A stretch of 64,000 nucleotides of DNA. Source: Anthoceros angustus (taxonomy: Eukaryota; Plantae; Anthocerotophyta). The stretch's first letter is position 1; every line of letters begins with the position of its first letter. A model generated the notes under the pieces. The model saw only the letters and a program-made list of their open reading frames with translations. It searched no databases and had not been told where the DNA came from. The position numbers and the translations under genes are program-made. The stretch covers positions 496,001-560,000 of the forward strand of contig MU008181.1 in assembly GCA_010909165.1 (NCBI GenBank). Reading direction: 5' to 3'. Below are positions 38,201 through 49,199 of this stretch, piece after piece.

Positions 38201-40658
38201 ATGAGGCGCTGTGGATCTCATGGCAACGGTGGCTACGCCTAATCCTCTTTTCCAGAGTGCCTTGCGTGCCTACACGCTAAATCCAGCAATCAATGCTCAC
38301 CAAAGCATCGCTTGAACCGCTTCAGCATCGCATAACCACCTACGCTTGTTAGCTTGACTGCAGAGAGGTTGGCGGCCATGAGGGGTGGATGAGCACATCT
38401 TGACACCTAAGCACACCAATCCTGGAGGTGTTCATGGGGATTCCGAGAAAGCCTTCATCAAGACTCGAAAAATTGTGAGCTTGCATCCTTTGCAAGGAGA
38501 GACAAAGGCATGACTTTTCTGAGGTTGCAAAAGCTGCGTGAAGGCAGCATGCCGATGCATCGTGAGGCGGCGAGAAATTTTGACAAGATTGGAGGGGACT
38601 CCTTGTTCCATTTTCAGCTCATCACTTCTCTAGTGGATAAGTATGGTGATGCCTATACTTTGAACAGGTGCATGAAGAGGCAGAGCGCATGAGATTGCCT
38701 TCTCACGATGCCTCCCGCCACTCCAAGGCTTTTCTCACTATCAAAGCATGTTCACCAAAGAAAGGAACGACAGGAAGTGGGAGGCTGTGATCAAGGGCGT
38801 CCCGCTGCCAGCCAAGGCAGGGGCTGCAGCAACGCTGGAAGCCTCGTGCAATCGTTGTGGAAGTCCGGAGCATCTCGCTCCCGCATGCAAGTGCCCCACT
38901 GAGGGGCTTTACTGCACCCATTGCCACAAGATAGGGCACTTGGTGACAATGTGTTTTCAAAAACACCCGGAGCGCCGGTCTCAAAGGGGAGGCACAAATT
39001 CTACTGGAGCAGCCACTGCAGCGCCAGATGCTGGGACTACAGCTCCCAGCAGTTCGACTGTCTTGCGCGGCAAACAGCAGCGGGAGAAGACCAAGGCCAA
39101 GGGCGCAGCCAATGCTGAGAAGGTTGCCTCACTTGAAGCCTCAATCGCAGCCCTCACCACACAGCTTGGGGCATTAGCTGCCTCCCTTGCCAGCAGCAAC
39201 CAGGTGTCTCCCAAGCCAGCAGGGATAGCTACACTAATTCCTCGCTGTGAAGAGGCTGGAGAAGACTACGGTCTCCCCCATGAGGCATGCACGGTCAGCC
39301 AGTTGGAGTCATTGGACATGTCCAAGAGCCTACCTGCTACATGGGTAGGATGCGACCTTCGACACGTCATCTTGGATGTGGAGGCAGATGTGGACCAGAC
39401 ACCAGGCAGCGAGGGGCAAGGGCAGCCATGCCTCGATCATTCACTCCTCTACTCTGCCGCCGGGAGTGGCCATCCCCATTCGGGGACAGACCTCCTAGTT
39501 GATCATATGGCAGGGCAGCCTTCACAAGGCGAGGCATGCACAGGCAGGGGGTCAGCTACGCCTCTGTCCATCAGCCCTCACTACAAATCAGCTGGTTGAG
39601 AAATTGTCTGAGTTACCCTTGTTTTCTTTACGAGACATGGGGATCAGCTCAACTCAATTGCGAGCTATGTGCCCTGGGATAGCTTCCTCACTGACTGCTG
39701 ACCCAGCAATAGTGGCTGCATCCGAGGATACAGGAGGGATGGTGCGGGCATATGCCTCTCAACGTGCTCAGGCTACTCCCGAGTATGCACTCCCGAGTAC
39801 GCACTCCCGAGTATCCGATCCGGACTGTCCCCGCATTTTGCCCACCAACCAGCAGAAGGTTCGGATCAGCAATGCTATGGTGGACAATCGAGAGGGACAT
39901 GTCACAGTCAATGGCTATGCCCCCAAGATGGTGCTCCTAGATACGGGAGCACAGGTGATCATCGGGAAAAAGTTGCACTTGAGTGGACATATCCAAGACC
40001 CCCATGGAACATTCGAAGCCACGTTCTCAGAGAACCATGGGGAAACCATTCACCCATCTTGATCACGTAAGCCGGAACAACCGCCGCCATGACATTGGTC
40101 GTTCATTGCCTTGTCACGACAAATGACCAATTATGATGTCTTGCTTGGACAAGATTATCTTTTCCCACTGTGCCTCGGTTGACAATTGACCGAGGTGCTT
40201 ACTATCGGCCCGATTACCGGTGAAAGACATTGCCCATTTCCCACCGGATTTACATGGAGGTGTGGAGGGACATGCCCACGCCGGTTGTCCCAGTTCTTGT
40301 GGTCACCACACTGCCACGCACGCCAAGCATACTGGGATCCCCACCGCCACATACGGACCAGCACATACTCGGATGCCAAAGGGCAGATCCTTGGGGCACC
40401 GAGGAGCTCGCTTGTTGCCGGTGGCCACTGCTTGGCTACGTGAGGTACTGGAGGAGGAGGACCCCCCCATGGATCGCTGCAATCTTTCGAGCTTGTCCGC
40501 AGCGCCGTGTCTCCAGGAGGTTGTCGTCCATGGCGACACCAATGACCATCTTCAGCTGGTTATGCCTCAGGTTCAACGCGCCTGCGCATGGCCCAGCCGC
40601 CGTTACCTGCAGAACCATCGCCGGATCGTGGATCACCCACATCATGTTGCCCAGTCAG

Positions 40659-41530
40659 GTCGTAGTGCTGGAGCTCTTTGGTGGCCTTTGCACAGGTCTG
40701 GAAGCCCTCTTGCAGAATGGATTGGTGGTCGCACGCTATGTGTACTGTGATAGCTGTCCAACCAACAGCCGCCTTCCGCCTCTGTGGTCCGCACGCTGCT
40801 TTTCCTACACAGCTTGTTCGCCACCGCTATTGCACTCACTGCCCCATGTGGATATCCGCTACCTTCAACCCCGGCATATTCAACTGCTGTCTCCCATCGA
40901 CATAGTGATAGCCGGTTGGGAGTGTCAAGGCTTCTCTCGTGCGGGGAGGTGGTTTGCGCGGACGCTCGGGATTTGCAGCGAGTGTTGGTGTGCATTCAGC
41001 ACCACAGTCCTGGCTGTGCTTATGTGCTGGAGAATACACCAGCACAGTTGGATACTCGGCTCCCGGTGCGTCAGGACATGGCTGGTCCGCATGTTGGGGC
41101 TCCCTTGCTGCTGGATGCTGCCCAAGTCGGAAGTTATGCTCACCGGCTTCGCAATTGGTGGACTAACTTGGCCCCGCAACCTCTCCTGCAGCTGGTTCTC
41201 GCATTCACCACCCGGGACCCCACTCTCAGCTTGTCCAGTGTTCTGGATGGGCATCATCAGGCCCGCCCGGTGCGTCACCGAGAACCCTCCATGGTACCGC
41301 ACCAACACCCCGGGCCTGCCCCGCCAGACTTTACCCACCTTGGTGAGCTTCCCTAGCTCTTATGCTTATCGAGGAGAGGGCGCCGGATTGCTTCTCAACA
41401 CCAGGACCCAGCAATGGGAGGAACCTAGTGTAGAGGAACGGGAACGCCTCATGGGCTTTCCCACATGCATAGCCCGCATGCACGTCACGCCCCGACAGCC
41501 GTGTCTGCTTTGGACGGGCCATGGACCTTC
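40659..41530 (+). pseudogene. C5-cytosine DNA methyltransferase domain (DNMT3/DRM-type motifs) inside the retroelement pol
   Basis: Motif I VVLELFGGLC; IV IDIVIAGWECQGFSRAG (Cys codon 40923-40925); VI YVLENT; VIII LDAAQVGSYAHRLRNWWTNL; IX EERERLMGFP; X-like GRAMD. Motifs are split over frames by indels. Confidence 0.88.
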
Positions 41531-42049
41531 ATGCCCTTACTGGTCGGCGTTGCCTTGCATTTCATCATGGCTTCTCCAGATCTCATTGCTCACTCCTCAC
41601 CGCCTTCCTCGCTCGCTCATGGACGCCACTTGCCCTTCCCAGTTATACTACCGGTCATCTTGGCTTGATGCGGGGGAGCACGGGGCCCGGATAGGCTTCT
41701 GCTTTTCAGCCTGCCCGGTAGTGGAGGAGGCGCCACGATGGCTCAACTAAGCCAAGCCATGCTGAGAATTTCATGTGGGTCATGGGACCTAAACTGTTGT
41801 TGAACAGCAACGGATTCGAGTGTTGCTACTCCAAGACAAGGATTGCCGCATTCTCCATGCGAGAGTTACCGCAATGTCACTACCTTCCACATCAATCGAA
41901 GGGAGCCCATCTATCGGAGATTTGAGCTCAAGACCCGAGTGGGACATGGTGGATGCTAGGTGTCGGAGTTGTGGAAGCGGACTCATTCGGCCCTAGCTCA
42001 CTATGCGGCACACGATGCCTCCTAAGAAGGACAAAGAACGGGTCAGGAC

Positions 42050-42467
42050 TAAAAGCGATGTGTGGGGACTATCGTCCCATCGATGCTGTCACCTCACAGG
42101 ACCGGTATCCAATGCCGACGCCGGAGGAAATCTTTGACAACATTGGCAGCTCCACCTACTTTTCTATATTGGACCTATGCCAAGGGTTCAATCAAGTGCC
42201 AGTGGCCGAGGAGGACATCAAGAAGACGGCCTTTCATGGCTCTCAGCAATTGTGGGAGTGGCTAGTAATGCCCTTTGGCTTCAAGAATGCGCCGGTGACG
42301 TTTCAGCGAGTCATGGACTCGGTCTTGGCAGGTTCAGCAAACTTGATGTGCTACATTGATGATGTGCAGCTGCGTGGATTTCAAGCCCTAGTGCATCTCG
42401 GGATGCTTCACCTCAAGGCACAATGACTTGTCATCGAAAGTGCAATTTGGCATGGATATCTGTATCA
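42050..42467 (+). pseudogene. Gypsy reverse transcriptase
   Basis: MCGDYRP, DRYPMP, FSILDLCQGFNQV, KTAF, VMPFGFKNAPVTFQRVMD, CYIDDV. Confidence 0.93.
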
Positions 42468-42887
42468 CGTGCACTTCTCAAAGCTAAGAAGAAAGAGGCT
42501 CGTGCCTAAACTCTTCTTCATTCGAGGCGTGGGAATCGTAGGGCACTAACAGGCCCCCACAAGGCGTATTTAAGACAAGAAGTTTATAATTAGCAGCCCA
42601 TGGGGAATGGATAGCACTCCATCCGGGCACTAATCCGTCTGTCCGAAGGACGCTTAACTGAGGAGTTCCAATGAACCCATGTCTAGATGTCATACGTGAA
42701 GGAAGGACAACGACATCTATTTCGAGTAATGTTTTCGGCCAATACCGCTACTGGCTATGCTGGGCCAATACCGCTCCTGGCTATGCTGCGCCAATACCGC
42801 TATTGGCTATGTTGGGATTGTTGGTTCTATATTGTTCATTCAAAACTTTATGCTTTATGCAATGCCACTCTATCAAGTTGAGCATGG

Positions 42888-43535
42888 TTCTATATTCTTC
42901 ATCATCCTTGGAATCGCCATCTTGCCTAGCCTCAGTGCCATCCTCACTGCTCTCATCCGGATTCCGGAAAGGGTGTCATGCGATGTTTGATGCCGGTGCA
43001 CTACTTTCAGTCTTGCAAGATCATTGCCCATCCGCCAACTTCCCACTTAGCTTGGTGTTAGTCATCAGCCACTTGAGTCAAGGACCGGCCGTGCCGCGAA
43101 TGGCTTGCATAAAGATACGGAAATGGCAAATGCCCACAGCGCCAAGCATTCTCCTTGATAGCATGGTTGCCTCAGCCGCTGTTATGCATATGCAATCACC
43201 GCCTCCCGCCCTCGAGTCAAGCCGAGCGTCACCGAGTCCGGGATGCTCCAGGGACCACTTAAGGGCTTCAAGTCGCCTTGCCATGACGGGGCCTCCATGA
43301 GTCGCTCCTTCAAAGAGGAAAAGGCATACGTCGCCTCGGCTCGTGACATCCTTGCGTAGAAGGTCATTGAGAGGCTTGGCGATCCGGCTGAAGTTCTGAA
43401 TGTACACTCGGTAGTAATTACACAAACCGAGAAAGGCTCGCAGTGAGGATACGTTGGTGTGCTCCTTGACCTGCATTATGGCTTGTACCTTGGCTGAATG
43501 GGGCATCACCCCATTTGGCACGATTCGATGTCCAA
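42888..43535 (-). pseudogene. Gypsy RT thumb/RNase H segment, inverted relative to its element
   Basis: Minus strand reads GHRIVPNGVMP..KVQAI..LRAFLGLCNYYR..FSRIAKPL..LKERLMEAP..VIAYA..LSRNP. Confidence 0.88.
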
Positions 43536-43754
43536 TTCACCAATGCTGCGCTACTCGCCATGACATGTTTGGGACAGTTGGAAGTGGACGCAGCAGCCCA
43601 CAGCACCCAAGGACATTTGGGAGGATTCAGATGCATTGGTGTTTGTCCAAACAAAGCACCGAACTCGCATGAGCACCGAAAGCGAGAAGGTGCGCGTAAC
43701 GTTTGGGTACTCTGGCGGACGGCACATCGTGAGGAAACTGAGCAATGGCCTCGA

Positions 43755-44560
43755 ACGGTTGGTCCCACCTCCCACTGATAGGGAACAACTCATTCATCGC
43801 GTGCACAATGAGATGGGACACTTTGGTGTTAAACGCACCTACAGTTTGCTGGTCCCACACTTCTATTGGCACGGGATGCACGGTCATGTCAAGCAATAGG
43901 TGGCCTGCTGCGAGGAATGCGATAGAGTCAAGACATCCTTCACCATCCGGCACCCGCAGCTGCACCCACTGCCGATCATGGGCCTCTTTTTCAGGTGGTC
44001 TTGTGACTTGATAGGTGAACTGCCCAAGACACACGAGGAAATGTTTACATCCTTGTCATGATGGAACATTTCTCTAAGTGGTGGAGGTAGTGGCACGCCC
44101 GACAAGACCTCACGACGTACCCTGCATTTTTGCAAAATGTCCTAGGCCGCTTTGGAAGCTGCGCCGAGTGCTTGACTGATCAAGGTTCCGAGTTTCGTGG
44201 AGAATTTCAGGACCTCTTGGATGCAGCACTGATTGACCATCGCCGGACGAGGGATCACCTCGTCGATGGCGGAAAGAATGGTGCAAACCATCAAGAAGGG
44301 ACTGAGGAAACTCTGTCTTCAGATACCGAAGACCGAATGGGACTTGGTGCTGCCATACATAGCCATGGGATATCGAATGAGCAAACACGCCCGCCCATTT
44401 CACCCTATTTCTTCTTGTAGGAGCCAATGCCACCCAGCTCCATTGCCAAGCATGCATGAGGTGGTCAACCTAGATGACCAGTGGTATGGGCCCATCATTG
44501 GACAGCGAGCAACATTGTTTCAAAGCCATGCCAATGGCCATGGCCAACCTCCGCATCGCT
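43755..44560 (+). pseudogene. Gypsy integrase
   Basis: HNEMGHFG..YW..CEEC (HHCC), WSCDLIGELP, LTDQGSEF, AERMVQTIKKGL. Confidence 0.92.
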
Positions 44561-44826
44561 CGATCGGGACACGTTGAGGTATGCTCACACGAGTGGCGCT
44601 TCCGGCCGAAGTTGAAGAAATTTCGTGGGGACTTTATTTACCCGCAGGCAAAGCGAGACACCCTTGACATCGCTAGCACGGCACGATTATTGGCGAGGAG
44701 GTCGGGCCAAATGGAGTACTTTGTTAGGGCACGATCAATGATCATATGAAGAACTGCGGCACCGTGTCACCTCCCAAACCTCGACCCAACCATTGTTACG
44801 TGATTGGGTCCTCCATCAATTACCCA

Positions 44827-44956
44827 TGCCAAGTGTGTGGCGGCGGATGATGCGAGCTGATGCTGCTATGTGACCATCGCAATGGTGGTTACCATCTGTT
44901 TGCCTAGATCCACCACTAGTCAAGTCCCGGATCAATTGGTATTGCACCTTTGTGCC
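44827..44956 (+). pseudogene. PHD finger at the C-terminus of the integrase
   Basis: CQVCG..DD..LMLLCD..NGGYHL.C.DPPL.QVP...WYC..C (C4-H-C3) read across small indels. Confidence 0.8.
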
Positions 44957-45039
44957 CCACTGACCACAAGAAACACGGCCTTAGCTTCTGGTTTTGGGAC
45001 AAAGGACTCATTTTGGCTACGATTGGTGGGGCCAGTGGG

Positions 45040-47330
45040 GAGTATACTTGGGCAGTCCGGTCTTGGTCTTGGCCATACTGGGATGCCCCTAGTCTCCAGT
45101 CTTGACCATTTTAGCAGTCCGTCTTGGCCATACTGGGGCAGTCTAATCACAGTGTGCGTCTGGGTGATCCCGTCTTAGTATACTGGGGCAGTCCAGTCTT
45201 AGTCTTGCCTTACTCGGGGCGATCCAGTCTTGGTCTTGGCCATACCGTGACGATCCCGTCTTGGTCTTAGCCATACTGGGGCAGTCGGCTTGGTCTTGTG
45301 TACTAAGACGATCCAGTCGTGGTCTTGGCCGCCATACTGGGGCCAGTCCCGTCACAGGCAGCGTACTCGGCAGCTGGGGTAGCGAGCTACCGCGAACAGC
45401 AGTCTGAGCTTTGTTGCACGCTCGCACGACACTTCGACTCCTCTGGCGGTCCCTCGATTTGCACGCGTGGTGCCCGGCCTCCACCGCTTTAGGAGCTCCG
45501 CATGATAGTATCACGGTAGTCAACTGGATGGCCTCCTCCACATGGGCGCCAAGCACTTTCGATATTCTTGCCTCTAGAGGTTCTCGGCAGCACCCCAGGC
45601 GTGCCCGGTTGCTGTCGCCGCGAGATCATCCAGTCGATACCTTGCCAAGTCCCTTGAGGCCACTAAGGCGGCCTCCGCCACTTCGGTACGCTCCTTAGCG
45701 CACTCCCCTCGGCCTTTTGGCTCGGCTAACTTAGGCCATGGGCCTTCCCCCTTCAGCTAGGCGGACCAGCCCGGCTGTTCCTTTAGAGCCCTCTCTTGCC
45801 CGTCCATCTTCGCCTTGAGGGCCGCCATATCTTGTTCCGGCGTCACAGCAATTCGCTCGGCGCTGTGTCCTCCGCTCCTTTCCAACTCACGTCCGCTCCT
45901 TCCGTCGGCGTCTCTTCCTTCCATTGATTGAGAATTGCTCTACAACCTTTTTCCACATCCGCCATTGTCCATTGAACTTATTATATAGTAATATTGGAAG
46001 ATATCACTCACTTCCCTCTCATGAACTCATCTTTCGAAGGTGCCACCATCATTTTGGAGCTACTATCGGCAATCTTGTCGTGGATAGCTGGGCCACTCGA
46101 GTCGCTGACTCAGTCTCCTTCTAGCCCTCCAACTCGCGCCGTTCTTCCAACGTCTACGGTGGCCACACGAGGTCTCCCGGCTCCCTAGTGTTGGCAGCAT
46201 CTCTTCCTCACGGATCACCCGCGCTTGCTCAGGCACTCATGCCAGTTTCACGGGTGGCCACTCGCCACTTCCTCCACCGATTCCTATCCGACCGGTGGTG
46301 GTCCCTATCCGTCTTCGGCAGGGGCTCACTTTAACCGGGCAAAGGTTCGAGATGCTTCAGGCCGGCGACCACTATCTCCTCCCAGTGGTGGTAGCCTCCT
46401 GGGGTTGTTCGGTGGAGGAACCAGAGGAGGAAGTGGAATCTCTTCCCATACTTCCGGGCGGCGGGGGGTCCGCTTCAGTGCGCATGGAGTCTTCCTCCCA
46501 ATCCTCGTCCTCCCAGGCACGGACTTGGGCGACCCTCTCTTGTGCCCTTTCCTCCCGTCCGCTTCTCGGTCACCATTTGCTCGGAGGCTGCTCCTCTTCT
46601 CCTTCCTTTAATAGATTAAGGTGTCCCCAATGGACGATAAATGGGGACAACAGATGGGGTGGTCGCTGGTTTCTCAACTTCTGACTCTGGGTAACATGAG
46701 CGGAAGATGATCGCCCCAATTTCTCTTGCCTCTCAAGGGCGTGGAGGAAAACAAGCAGTTGTCACCAAGATGGTCCACCTTGGTGAGCATGTTCCGAAAC
46801 CGATAATCTTATCGCTTTAACCCTCACCGTGTCCAGAGGGTAGGCATCAACCACCCGTTAGAGGACATTTCGCCCGGCCTCGATTGCCGCCGCCTCCACC
46901 TTCCCCTTCACCTTAAGGGGCTCCGGCACTACCCTCCTATCTCCTCCCGAGCGATTGTAGATCAGCCCTCGGGACCTCCACGGTCCATTTCCTCGGGTTA
47001 TAGCTCTTAGGCCGGGCGGTTTTGTTAGTCACCGCCAAGCATCTTGCGTACTCCCGTCTGGGATTGACGTTTAGTCCGGAAGACTCTTCCAAAGTGCGTA
47101 CTCTTCGTACTCGGGCTCCACAGTGTGGACGTTTAGTCCGGGAGTACTACTGGGGTTTAGTCCGAGTAGCCTTCTCCGAGTTTCCTACTACCCGCCTCAT
47201 CACTTCCTCGTCCATCACCATTTCCTTACCCAACCTTATTTCTTACCCAACCGTCCATCACCATTTCCTTACCCAACCTTATTTCCCTTACCCAACCGTC
47301 CATCACCATTTCCTTACCCAACCTTCTAAA
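45040..47330 (-). mobile_element. Degenerate gag-like retroelement fragment with repeat arrays
   Basis: Knuckle-like PCGGGHPVDY on the minus strand at ~45520-45550. GTCTTGGTCTTGGCCATACTGGGGCAGTCC repeats at 45040-45350 (related motifs at 36590-36650); ~44-bp repeats at 47210-47326. Confidence 0.35.
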
Positions 47331-47556
47331 ACCCAAGGTCCCGTCTGTATAATATCCTACCGAGGATCTCAAGAGAGAGCACCTCGCCGGAGGGGGACCA
47401 TACTCTGCACTTCAAAATCTGCACCTTCAGACCGAGGCGGGAGAGCTCTTGTGAACTAAGCCGATGTGGTTTGTAACCCCCCGAGCTCTGAAAAGTCTTC
47501 CACAAACAGGGCAAGGGGTATCTCGGGCGGAGGTCGAAGTAGAAGGCCCCATGACA

Positions 47557-47722
47557 GAGTATATCCTAAAAGAGAATTTAGAGTATATCCTAAAAGAGAA
47601 TTTAGAGTATATCCTAAAAGAGAATCTAGAGAATACCCTAAAAGAGAACCTAGAGAAAACCCTAAAGGAGAACCTAGAGAAAACCCCAAAAGAGAACCTA
47701 GAGAATACACTAAAAAAGAACC
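47557..47722. repeat. 24-bp minisatellite, ~7 copies with a divergence gradient
   Basis: GAGTATATCCTAAAAGAGAATTTA units. Confidence 0.9.
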
Positions 47723-49199
47723 TACCAACTGTCCTAGTGGTGGGCCCCACTAGATGTGTCCCTGTGGAGGGGCTCCACCAGAGCTATGGACGCACCGTGA
47801 CCGGGCGGCTTTATGTCTCCGTGACGGCCACCGCGCCCCAGGGCCACGCAGAGGTCTCATTGGCACCGAGTCCACCGCTGCCCAAGCCAACCCCGCCCTA
47901 AGCCCTAGCTGGCCACCACTAGGCTATCACGGCCGCGACCACGACGGCCCCTTGGGCCCAAGGCCCATTTCGGCAGCTCACGTTGTGCATGGCGCGGCCC
48001 ATCAGAGGCCCCCATGCCCACGTCATGCGTAGTGGGCCTCGGCACGGGCCGAGGTCAGGCCAGCGACGCCGGCCGGCCTCTGCAGTGTCCGGCCCGCTCC
48101 GCTCCACGAAACCGCCCTACTCCCACTCCGCTCCTCGTCCGGCTCGCTCCCGCTCCCGCTCCCCGCGCCGCTCCACGCCAACCGCCTGCCTCCCGCCCGC
48201 CTCGCTCGCCTCCAAGGCCTCCCACGCACCGCCCATGCCAACCGCCGCCTCCCGCCCGCCTCGCTCGCCCGCCCCGCTCCCGGTTGTAGAAAGATGACTT
48301 TATGCTTCATGCAATGCCACTCTATCAAGTTGAGCATGATGAGTATCTTGTGAATGATATGGTGAAACGTCTCATTTATCGATTATAAGGATTTAATAAA
48401 AATAATATTGAACTTAATGATGAAATGATTATGATCCCATTAGGGACTGGGATTGCCGGAGTGCCGGATTGGTAGGTGGAATATGAGGGAAAGTGCAGGA
48501 ACAACCCAAGGGAATGAGACATTTGATGGATTGATATGAAGTGGTGGGCGACCACTGAAGACAAGAAAGTCTAGGCATGTGCGGATTGGTTGGTGGAATG
48601 TCAAGGAAAACTTACGGTGACGACGCAAGGATTTAGACATGTGCCATCGCGAGCTCGGTCACTATAGTTCGTTGGGGGTTTAATGCGAGGTTGCCTTGAT
48701 CTAGTGGGGCCCACCACTCGCCTCCTCTCACCGGGCAGGGCTGCCACCTCTGGCCAAGCGGCTCATGTCATGCCTCATGTCATGAGCATGAGCTCATGCT
48801 ATGACCATGTGTGCTTGCTCATGGCATGCATGTCATGTAACCCGTAATTGCAGGCGAAACAAACCCTACAACATGTTTCCATTTGAAATGGAAACTAAGC
48901 ATCATTTTGGCGGGTTCACTTGAACTCGATTAAGCAATACCTCCGTGCGGCCCGTGTTACGAACAATTGTGACTTGCAACAAACTAAGATGGAGATTGAA
49001 GATCTTCCCTACGGTTGGGAGGTGCAAGAGGCCAGTGGCTTGTTCAACACGCAACATCTGAAGTTTTCACCGTTATAGCAAGATGGTATGAGGTTGCTTC
49101 TAAGGATTGGTGCCTCTATCTCTAGATTTGCCATTATTCCATGGAGCAGTGTCGACTTGGTGTTAGGAGAAGGCAACAATGCAGTTCCCACATACTTTT

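Larger units (their letters stand above)
37670..44965 (+). mobile_element. Ty3/gypsy retrotransposon with DNMT and PHD domains (gag-PR-DNMT-RT-RH-IN-PHD); LTRs not resolved
   Basis: Two CCHC knuckles 38846-38960; PR VLLDTGA ~39930; DNMT 40659-41530; RT 42050-42467; RH inverted 42888-43535; IN 43755-44560; PHD 44827-44956. Confidence 0.88.

Noticed and set aside
47464-47901. 145-aa ORF with YILKENLE repeats
   Set aside because: By-product of a 24-bp minisatellite that is open in several frames on both strands.
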